Positions 48,381 through 64,000 of a stretch of DNA of 64,000 nucleotides are shown here, one piece after another; position 1 is the first letter of the stretch, and every line of letters starts with the position of its first letter. Source of the DNA: Mytilus trossulus (Eukaryota); NCBI RefSeq assembly GCF_036588685.1, contig NC_086377.1, positions 13,268,001 to 13,332,000 on the forward strand, read 5' to 3'. The notes under the pieces are model-generated. The model saw only the letters and a program-made list of their open reading frames with translations. It was not told the origin of the DNA and did no database searches. Made by a program: the position numbers and the translations under genes.

Positions 48381-51195
48381 ATGGAGAGAATATACATGTT
48401 TATCTGCGTATACCTCCTTTTGGGTAAGACTTATTTTTTTTTAATTCTTTTTGCATATAATATGACAAAAATATTATACTGTAGGACGTGGTATTATTGC
48501 CAATGAGACAATTATCAATGTATATGTTACCTCCAACAATGAGACAAGCAGATACAGTATTGCATAGTACTCTATAAAAAGCCTTGCATTTGTCCTAAGT
48601 CAGGAATCTGATGTACAGTAGTTGTCGTTTGTTTATGTAATATAATGTATATACGTGTTTCTCGTTGATCGTTTTTGTATTAGATTGTTGGTTTTCCCGT
48701 TTGAATGGTTTTACACTAGTCTAATAGTTTTGGGGCCCTTTATAGCTTGTTGTTCGGTCTGAGCCAAGGCTCCGTGTTGAAGGCCGTACATTGACCTATT
48801 ATAATGGTTTACTTTTTTTAAATTGTTATTTGGATGGAGGGTTGTCCCATTGGCACTCACACCACATCTTCCTATATCTAATGATATGATACATTGTGAA
48901 ACATGTGTTGGCTTCATCGGACGACTAATCCTTTTCTGAAGGATTACAGAAGTTAAAAGGACACAGACTGGCTGTTAACAGTTAAAATTCATTCAATATA
49001 TCAATTAATGCCAACAACATGCATACAAAAAAAATCATTGATGTTCTTCATCTCAAAAATCACAGTGATGCCTTCAACCTAAGTATACTTCTACAACTTT
49101 GGAAGCATGACGAAATAATTTACTAATAATCCAAAGACTCTAAACAACAACAACAACAACATTTGCATGTTTACCGATCAGATTTCGTACAAGTGTCAGT
49201 AGTTTTAAAAGATTTCGTACAAGTGTCAGTAGTTTTAAAAGAAATATGAATAGCCTACATATATTATTTTCTTTATTGTACTATTTATGTTGTAGTTTTC
49301 TCTGATAGTGTTTGCTCAGTTCAGATTATTTTCTTTATTGTATTATTTATGTTGTAGTTTTCTCTGATAGTGTTTGCTCAGTTCAGTGGGTAGATGTTTC
49401 ACAGCGTATTTCACAAAGACTCTCTGTTTCTATGAATCTACGAGATAGACGATCCTTACATCTGTTGTCACCACGTGATCTTGTTGGATTGAAACCGTCT
49501 GAAGAACTCGAACAGGTTGATAAAGAAGTTACTTCCGAAGGGACTATCATAGTAAAGTACCGAGAAAAATTTAACGGAATCCCTGTTTATGATGCTTACG
49601 CTTCGATTGAAACAGATAAAACTACCAACGAATATACAGGACAGGCAGACGGCAAATTACTCCACGAGATTCCGGATGATATAACGAAGAATAAAATAGT
49701 TTCTGAAAGTCAGGCATTAAAAATAGCAGTGGAAAATGCTACCCGTTTTCATAAAGAGGCTGTAGTTGATAGCGAGAAAATTCGAATATTTATTTACACT
49801 TTAGATAAAAGGGCAATGTTAGTCTACGATGTTTCCTTTCGTTTGAAAATAAACAATCATGCGTCACTTCCGGGATTTTTTATTTCAGCAGAAACAGGAC
49901 AAATAATTAAACAAATACCCAAACTAAAATCCTACAATCTTAAATCAGTCGGAGGTAATATAAAGACTGGAAAACATAAATACGGAGAGGATATGCCATT
50001 TCTTCACGTTCAGAAAAACGGAAACCAGTGTTCACTCCAGAACGAGGATGTGCGTGTGTTTCATTTACATAACAAACTAGACAAGCCAGATTTACCCTTT
50101 ACATTTCAATGTTCTGATGGATTTCATGATGAAGTAAACGATGCTTATTCTCCACTGAGTGATGTTTTCTACTATAGTACAAGGATATTTCAAATGTTTA
50201 GAGACTGGATACATATGCCCCCAGTAGCGAAAACACCAGTCAAAGTGTATGTACACTATGGAAAAAATGAAACTGCGCACTTTGACCCGAATAACGAAGC
50301 TGTTGAAATCGGTGACGGAATACCATTTATCCTTTATCCGTACGCCGTTATTGACGTCATAGGACATGAAATTGGTCACGCGTTTACGGATGAGCATACA
50401 AATCTGGAATACAGTGGACAATCAGGAGCCATATGTGAATCAATATCTGACATTATTGGCGAGGCAGCAGAATGGTATATAACAAAAACTACAGACTATA
50501 AGGCAGGTGACGGAACCGTAGCACACGAACAACAATGGGTTTCAAGAGATTTGTGTGACCAAGATAAAGATGGCCTTTCAATTGTTCATGTCAAAGACTT
50601 CACTGAAGATTTAAATGTTCACTATTCTAGTGGTATTTTTAACAGAGTTGCTTGTGTTTTGATGGACAATTTAGAATGGAAAGATATTTTTATATTATTT
50701 ACATATGCTAGTAGATTTTTCTGGCATGAAACCTCGGATTTTATTGATGCTGGTTGTGGCCTTATGAAGGCCGCCTACGATCTTAGTTATCAATTAATTC
50801 ATATCGTTCATGCTCTTTCAGATGTTGGAATAGAAATCTGTAGTGTAGAAGACCATGTCCGTATGATCAGTGAATATATGGAGATAAAAGACCTTAAAGT
50901 GAATGCAGCAAATAACGTTCTATTATTTCGGTTAAATTTCGAGAAATTACATAAATTATCTGGTACCGATGTCGAAAGGATCCAAGTAACGACGAGCTGG
51001 GGAGAAGGGGACGTTGATATGTATGTCAGTTATTATCAAACACTATCAAAGAAGGACTATGTGTATCGTTCAATTAGAAAAGGCAACACTGAAGTCCTGT
51101 ATATAGACAAAAAAAACATACAATATGCATATCTTCATTTGGTTCCCAAGCATTCATCATTTTCTGGGGTTACATTAACAACAACTGCGCTCTGA
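48381..51195 (+). CDS. Secreted thermolysin-family (M4) zinc metallopeptidase, vibriolysin/pseudolysin-like, 626 aa, two exons
   Basis: Exon 1 48381-48423 (MERIYMFICVYLLL, donor G|GTAAGA, phase 1) joins exon 2 49358-51195 (acceptor TTGTAG) to give a signal peptide. FTP (KYREKFNGIPVY), PepSY (SESQAL, FISAETGQII), mature start GGNIKTGKHKYG, HEIGH, GAICESISD, VHYSSG, C-terminal PPC-like domain (GEGDVDMYV, GNTE, FSGVTL). TATAAATA at 48283-48290. Confidence 0.92.
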
Positions 51196-54100
51196 TGTTG
51201 GCCTTACATTGTTTGTAAACAACAAACATGCAGAATTGAAATGTGACACGATGATTTAGATAATATATGCATTTGTGCATCCGGCAATTTTGGTGTAAGT
51301 TTTGTAATTATGTGAATATAAATATAATTGTAACAACATTTTTTTAAATTTATTTCATTTCGGCCGAAGTAATTTTGTTAGTACTTATGCCTTATATTTT
51401 GTAGTCCCTAAGACATATTTTCAGGGTGTGCATTACAACTACTTATATGACCAACAAGCTGATGAAAGTAGTTGGACTATCTCCTACACATCAGATGTCA
51501 TGAATGTTAGTAACTAATGTAACGATTTGGTCTTTAACAATGAGCAAAATGCAGAACGTATTGTAAGCTTTAAAGAACGGAAAAGAAGAAATGTAAAAAA
51601 AAAATCACCAGCGAACCATCGGCTTGAATTTTAACAAAACAATAAATGATACCAAAATGAAAGATATCATCCTACACGACCTAACTTACAAACTCTTGAC
51701 TTTGCCCAGGCACACACAGAATGTCGTGGTTTGATATGATGTTTTAAGCGCATAACCCTACTTTTTCCTGGGATAGTTGTGTACACGTACAACATATGAA
51801 CAAACTGTAAAATCAGTTGACACATCAGATTGACTTGAAGTGTCGAACTGGAATACCGTATCGTGAAATCATTAAAACAATATGCAGTATCGTCATTCCA
51901 TTATACGAAATACTTAATCGATAATGCATTCTGTGAATATACATTATAAAAAAGAAGATGTGGTATGATTGCTAATGAAACAACTATCCACAAATGACCA
52001 AAATGACACAAACATTAACAATTATAGGTCACCGTACGGCCTTCAACAATCAGCAAAGCCCATACCGCATAGTCAGCTATAAAAGGCACCGATAGGACAA
52101 TGTAAAACATTACTTAAAGTATCAATTCATAATTCTAGATTGTTTTATTTCATCGAAACACCATTGTAAAAAAAGCAATGAAACGGAAGATACCAAGAGA
52201 CAAGTTAAAATTCATCAAAACTTTAACGCCATTGCAAACGGGCAAGATAGTTGAATAACAATTGTTTTTTTGATACAATGTAGATGCTCGTTCGTTTTCT
52301 TGCTCTATTTTCTTCGCCGATTATTCGCATATAATAGTGACATGCATGTATGTGTAGAAGCACAATTTCTTACTTAAGGAGGAGATTTTCATGTTAAATA
52401 ACCACCACAGACAGTTATTTATACAGATGTTCATTTTTCATATTTTTCAATTTCAATCAAAAGTTAGTGCAAATATGATTAGTATCTTTGTGTGCTTACT
52501 GTGTCTTTTAAGATTGATTGATTGGTGTTTAATGCCACTTTCAAGACTGGTGTTCTATTTCTTGGTATAGAGTGTTTAATTTGCGGCTTCTGTCGTTGAC
52601 AGGCTAGTGATACAATAGTTCTCTGAACACTCTTTACAAAATATTGATATTTCTCTTTAGATATGTTAGAGTAAATATTTATCAAAATGTGTTTGTGTAA
52701 TTTATTTGTTTTGTATAGTTGCTTGCTGTTTCATTGTCATATAGTCCACATCTAATTTTATTAACAAACTTACGCCACATTTAAACAAAAAAGTCATGCT
52801 AAAATGACAGACAAAATTCAATATCATAGGTGCATTTATTTAGATAAGGTCATATGTTCTAGATTGGACCACATGACAGTCACATTACACATCAAAGGAA
52901 GATAAAAACGACAGACTGGAATAAAGAGTGTTATCATAGCGGACCGCTGTACATATTTCCTTTACAGGTAGATCGGAAAGGTAGGTTTTAGTCTGCTCTC
53001 TCTAAATAGATATTTTTGACGGCGCAAATTTTTGCGGAATTTTGAAAAAGGAGTATTTTGATGGTGCAAATTTTTGCTTTACTTTAAAAAGGAGTATTTT
53101 TTTTGGCGCAATTTTTTTTATTTGAAAAGGAGTATAAACGCTGTCGCAGATATTGATTTTTTAATTCATTAGTTGTTTGCTGAAAGCCCAGTGGCAAATG
53201 TTTCATGCAAATTCCGGGCGAGATGTTGCATTGCGAATCTGTTATAATAATATATATCCTCATTCCTATCAACAATGCATCATTCCTTGCATTTGTTTAG
53301 ACAAAAAGGAAAAAATGTTCTGCGTTTTTAAATATCAAATTCTATTTGAAGAGTACATATTCTGTTTCGCTGAAGACGATTTTGCAAGACTAGTCTAAGT
53401 GTACACTAATGCATAGTGATTACTTGGAAGCACCACTTATTGTTTTCGTTACATCAATTGTCGTTTTATTTCGATTGAAACCTTTCGGAAATCCAGTCAA
53501 CTGTGATAGCATTCAATTTGCAGTATTTTTGTTTTATTTTACTTCTAGTTACTTGTTTTATTGAAACATTTTGGGATATGTTTTTGTTTATGTATGTAAT
53601 TTCGGGTTTTTTGGGTTTTTTTTTTGCTAGTTTCTTGGGTTTTTTTTATGTGGGCGGGGAGAGGGGGGTTACTACATTGATTTGTTTATTTTCATAAATA
53701 TATATATGGCGATTTCAATGCAAACGTTCAACGTAGGTTTAACTACTGGTACCTCTAAATAGGGTGTTCTTGTCTATATAAGTATATATTTAAATCAGTA
53801 GTTCTGGTCAACTTTATCTGGAAAGGTGACATAAAACTCGATAGCCATTGGCAAAAATCATCAATATTCATTGATAGAAGAAATAGGATAGCTTACTACT
53901 AAAACACATCGTAACTTTTGAATCCGATATGAATTAGATAGACCTAGGTTAAGGAAGTAGACCCTTAAACATCATGCAGAGTAAATCTTTGGTTAAGCTT
54001 GATTCCTTGCTTGCTTTGTTTACAATCAAATTTCAGACAGTATACATGTTTAACTATGCCTATCTATATTGTTTGCAGATGCAGATGGCAATTTTAATTA

Positions 54101-55564
54101 TACGTTTATAAAAACAAATCGAGCAAGCCAACCACAGATTTACCCTAAATGTACATGCATTATGAAATTGGCTTTAATTCATTCTTATGATAGCATTCGA
54201 AGCTTATAAACATGATAAATGCAAAGTTTCTGTAAATATGCTTGTAGAAATTTAAGACTTTTTGTCCTCTTTCAGTCTTAAATTCAGAAATGCTTTACAA
54301 AGTAAAATCACAAAAATACTGAACTCCAAGGAAAATACAATCGGAAAGTCCCTAATCACATGGCAAAATCAAATGACAAATCACGTCAAACGTATGGACA
54401 ACACCTGTCATATTCCTGACTTGGTACAGGCATTTATAAAATGTATAAAATGGTGGATTGAACCTGGTTTTATAGTGCTAAACCTCTCACTTTTACAACA
54501 GTGTCTTAAATGATTGATTACAGCGGTTTAAATCCAGGTCAAGTTCAAGTTTACCCTTAAATCAAAATATCTTGGACCACCACGACGTGATTATTTACTG
54601 ATAAAAGAATAACCACCTGCTAATACACACAAGATAAATTGTTGTGAAACGACCTTAAAATAAGGAATCTAGGTTAAGATTTGTTTGTTGTGATAAATGG
54701 ATGATAGGTTAACATCAAGTGAACAATCTTCAAAGATAATGTATTATTTTGATTAAAACAAGAAAACAGTTAATCTTTGTACTTGTTCGACTGTGATCCG
54801 GATTTTGGACGTGGTAGCTATCACAATATAGGCTTCACTGAGACATATTTTGCTTGCTTTGCGCGTTATTTCCTTTACTCACATGTATGCCCCTTGCGAG
54901 GCGAAAATTAGCGAATACATGTTGGAAAGGTTTAGGTTCCACTTTTCCCTTTGTGTTTATTATAAGCAGCATGCCACAGTGAATCATATTTTTTTTAGTA
55001 TATCCTTCCAAAGCCCCTGGTATCAACTTCAGTATTTGTCAAATTTGGTGGGGTTAGATTTTCTCAGTCTTAAATGTTTCCTCATGAAGTGTTTTGTGGA
55101 CTTTATTATTCTCTCATCATATTTAGTTTTCCATTGTGTTGTCAGTTTTCTTTCGACTTATGAGTTTTATATGTCACCTTGGTATCTTTTGACCCTTTTG
55201 CTAGACAGCCATGAGTACTGGCGCCGGTCATAACTTTCAAACTCATACATTTTTGTTAAAAGAAGCGCAGATTTTAACTGTAAGGGAAGAATGGACGACA
55301 TAGAATAGATTTAAACATAGAATGAATATAAGTCAGTATAGAAGTCATTTTCTTTTATCAAATTAAATGTTAACTTTGCATAGAAACACGAGTAGGCATA
55401 CTACAAGCAATTAGTTGGTCCCTGAAATGGCAAATTTAAAAAGATTTTCATTTCCATGATTTTGTACATAATATTTTTGAATTGAAGTGTTGACTTTAAT
55501 CCAAATACGAGTGAGTCAGATCTTATTCATTAAAATCTACATCAAATGTTTCGTTTTTTTGCAG

Positions 55565-60562
<4,998 letters not shown>

Positions 60563-61079
60563 TGTATGAACTGTCTTACTATGTAATCAATAATATCAGT
60601 TTGTTATAAAATACTTTGAAGTAGTATATCGTTATAATATATAAAAAAAAATATAAGCAAACTAAACATGAACCCGTTATTGTAAATGGAATGTTATGCG
60701 ACTGTCAAACAAGTGAGAGGTTTATCTAGCTATAAAACCAGATTTAATTCACCATTTTCTACATAAGAAAATGCCTGTACCAAGTCAAGCATGTGACAGT
60801 TGTTATCCATTCGTTTGATATGTTTGAGCTTTGATTTTGTTATTTGACTCCTGGTTATTTTCTTAAAAGACCAGTTGTTTTGAAGAATTTATATTGCACC
60901 TGTACTTTATGTATGCTAATGTTGACCTATAATGGTGTACTTTTTTTAAATTGTTGTTTGTCATTGGCACTGACACCACATCTTCCTATATCTATTTATA
61001 CAATATACCATGCAAATATGTGTTACTTTAACGAATACTAGTAAACTCATCATAGATACTAGGACTAAATTTTGTAAAT

Positions 61080-61123
61080 ACGCCAGACGCGCGTTTCGTC
61101 TTAAAAAGACTCATCAGTGACGC
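61080..61123 (-). ncRNA. Minimal type I hammerhead ribozyme, intact core
   Basis: GCGTCA-CTGATGA-GTCT-TTTTA-AGAC-GAAA-C-GCGC-G-TC-TGGCGT (GUC cleavage triplet). Confidence 0.82.
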
Positions 61124-61310
61124 TCGAATGCATTGTCATGACTGTGAAGTTGATGGATATGAAACTAAAAGATGCATGTCTTTCGCTTGCAGGCTAGTAG
61201 TTATCTCCTTTGAATTGTTTCACATTTGTCATTTCGGGGTCTTCCATAGCTGTGTTATTTGATCTCTCTATGAGAGTTGTCTCATTGGCAATTGTGTATC
61301 ACATCTTCTT

Positions 61311-63068
61311 AACTTAAGCTCACCTGGCCCAAATGAGCTTTTCTCATCACTTGGCGTGTCGTCCGGCGTCAGTCGTCTGTAAACTTTTACAAAAATCTTC
61401 TCCTCTGAAACTACTGGGCCAAATTTAACCAAATAGTTATCAAAGGTACCAGGATTATAATTTAGTACGCCAGACGCGCGTTTCGTCTACACAAGACTCA
61501 TCAGTGACGCTCATATTAAAATATTTATAAACCCAAACAAGTACGAAGTTGAAGAGCATTGAGGATCCAAAATTGCAAAAAGTTGTGCCAAAAACGGCTA
61601 AGGTAATCTATCCCTGGGATAAGAAAATCCTTAGTTTTTCGAAAATTCAAAGTTTTATATTCAGGAAATTTATTAAAATGACCATATAATTGATATTCAT
61701 GTCAACACCGAAGTGCTGACTACTGGGCTGGTGATACCCTCGGGGACGAAACGTCAACCAGCAGTGGCATCGACCCAGTGGTGTAAATAGTTATCAAAGG
61801 TACAAGGATTATAATTTAGTACGCCAGATGCGGGTTTCGTCTACATAAGACTCATCAGTGACGCTCATATCAAAATAGTTATAAAGCCAAACAAGTACGA
61901 TTTTGAAGAGCATTGAGGATCCAAAATTGCAAAAAAGTTGTGCCAAATACGGGTAAGGTAATCTATTCCTGGGATAAGAAAATTCTTAGTTGTTCGAAAA
62001 TTCAAAGTTTTATATTCAGGAAATTTATTAAAATGACCGTACAATTGATATTCATGTCAACAACGAAGTGCTGACTACTTGGCTGGTGATACACTCGGGG
62101 GCGAAACGTCCACCAGCAGTGCATCGACCCAGTGGTGTAAATAGTTATCAAAGGTACCAGGATTATAATTTAGTACACCAGACGCGTGTTTCGTCTACAT
62201 AAGACTAATCAGTGACACTCATATCAAAATATCTATAAAGCCAAACAAGTACGAAGTTGAAGAGCATTAAGGATCCAAAATTCTAAAAAGTTGTGTCAAA
62301 TACGGCTAAGGTTATCTATTCCTGGGATAAGAAAATCCTTAGTTTTTATGGTCTGTAAAATTTTACAAAAATCTTCTCCTCTGAAACTACTTGTCCAAAT
62401 TTAACCAAACATGACCAATCACTATTAGGGAATCTAGTTGAAAATTTTGTCCGGAGACCCGGCCAACCAACCAAGATGGTTGCAATGGCTAAAAATAGAA
62501 CATATGGGTCAAATGCAGTTTTTGGCTTATAACTTAAAAACCACAGCATTAAGAAAAATCTGACATGGGGGTAAAATTGTTTATCAGGTCAAGATCTATC
62601 TGCCCTGAATTTTCAGATGAATCGAACAAACCGTTGTTTATTGCTGCCCCTAAATTGGTAATTTTTATGGAAATTTTGCTGTTTTTGGCTATTATCTTGA
62701 ATATTATTATAGATAGAGATAAACTGTAAAAGTAATAATGTTCAGCAAAGTAAGATTTACAAATAAGTCAGAATAAACGAAATGCTCATTTGACCCCTTT
62801 AGGAGTTATTGCCCTTTATAGTCAATTTTTAACCATTTTTCGTAATTAAATCTTAGTAATCTTTTACAAAAAAAATATCCTCTAAAACTACTGGGTCAAA
62901 TTAATCAAACCTTCGCCACAATCATCTTTTGGATATCTAGTTTAAACAATGTGTCTGGGGGTCCTGGCCATCCAACCAAGATGGCAACCACTGCTAAAAA
63001 TAGAACACAGGGGCGAACGGCAGTATTTGGCTTACAAATCAAAAACCAAAGCATTTAGATCAAATCAG
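61311..63068 (+). mobile_element. HINE-like element hosting the retrozyme array
   Basis: AGCTCACCTGGCCC..TGAGCT 5' motif, GTC microsatellite, repeated TTTTACAAAAA..TCCTCT.AAACTACT units; related degraded copy at ~2040-2620. Confidence 0.6.
61431..62347 (-). mobile_element. Tandem array of 354-bp hammerhead-containing units (non-LTR retrozyme), ~2.6 copies
   Basis: Hammerheads at 61467-61510 (intact), 61821-61864 (stem III mutated) and 62175-62218 (core G8 mutated), spaced exactly 354 bp apart. Confidence 0.88.
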
Positions 63069-63666
63069 TTAAGGTGGTATGGGTGTCTTCCTCCATCTTG
63101 GATTGTAAAAAACAGAGAACAAAAGGTCCAGATTTTCTAACAAGTTAGCAAAATTTGATGCAGGAATGGAGTTTTTAAATTGATTGTTCTTTTAAAAGAA
63201 CCGACTTATAAGAATATAACTTATAATTATTAATATCTCTGCAAATGTTGATTATTTTTGGTGTTTTTTTTTTTTTTTAAATTAACAATTTAAGGGGAAG
63301 TAACTCTTAAACAGTGCATTTTCTGTAGTATTCTACATGGAATTTTCCTATTTTGTATTTTAGCCGGAAAAAACGTACAATGATCCTATCTTTTCTTTTG
63401 ATATTCTCAAAGCATTGTCTGAAAGCTATCTTTCCCTTAAGTATTTAACAATTCTATCATTTTGTTTAGTTTCTAGTAACAAAATAGTGGTTTTCCCTGT
63501 ATAATCCATACAAAATGTGTCATTTTGTCACGTCCTGTAGCTTGAAAAAATGCGCGGTGACCTATCATTTTTTTTTATATTTTTCAACATATATGAATAG
63601 ACCCTACGTTTTGGCAAAGTATGAACAAATTCTATCATTTTTTTTTAGACTCCCATACCACCTTAA
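63069..63666. mobile_element. TTAA-flanked MITE (GGTGGTATGGG...CCCATACCACC)
   Basis: TTAA on both sides, inverted termini; related internal fragment at ~42700-43260. Confidence 0.78.
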
Positions 63667-64000
63667 GTATGATGTACCAACACATCACCATCATCAAAAC
63701 ACAATTTTGTCATAAATCTATCTGCGTCCTTTGTTTAATTTTCACATAGACAAAGTTGAGAGACACAGGCTCTTTAGAGCCTCTAGTTTTATTTCTTTTC
63801 AATGAAAATAGTTTATTCAAAATGTAACAAAAACTGTGCAGAGCAGTCTATACAACAGATTTCAAAACATAATGTGAATGTAATTTAAGACAGAGGAGGT
63901 TTAGCTTGATGTAAAGCCAGGTTTAATCCACCATTTTGTATATTAGAAAATGACTTTACCAAGTCTGGAATATTACAGTTGGCATCCATTCGATTGAAGT

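Noticed and set aside
49312-51195. Bacterial contamination, or an intronless gene starting at TTG 49312
   Set aside because: A matching signal-peptide exon and GT-AG intron exist upstream, base composition is host-like, flanks carry host repeats, and there are no neighbouring bacterial genes.

Overview
AT-rich animal genomic DNA with spliceosomal introns and dense interspersed repeats; the repeat families point to a bivalve mollusc, probably Mytilus (inference). I reconstructed five host genes exon by exon: a type II transmembrane fibrinogen-related (FReD) receptor (+, 3207-14921, 12 coding exons, 483 aa), three cathepsin L paralogues (-, 16310-23634; -, 29455-35053; +, 55565-60562), and a bacterial-type thermolysin/vibriolysin (M4) metallopeptidase with one intron in its signal-peptide region (+, 48381-51195). 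Mobile DNA includes an intact Ngaro-type tyrosine-recombinase retrotransposon (36184-41122) with split direct repeats, a 5'-truncated LINE flanked by a ~475-bp duplication, Penelope-like fragments, hammerhead-ribozyme repeats (retrozymes, including a 354-bp tandem array) and several MITE families. Main findings: (1) Ngaro gag and pol are in the same frame, separated by one UGA in the leaky UGA-CUAG context, and the recombinase ORF lacks an N-terminal ATG but has a splice acceptor; (2) an intron-containing M4 peptidase, probably of bacterial origin, inside a cathepsin cluster; (3) covarying minimal hammerheads plus a separate pseudoknot-like domain; (4) a cathepsin L with Trp at the S2 pocket. 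Coordinates were read by eye; repeat boundaries are approximate.
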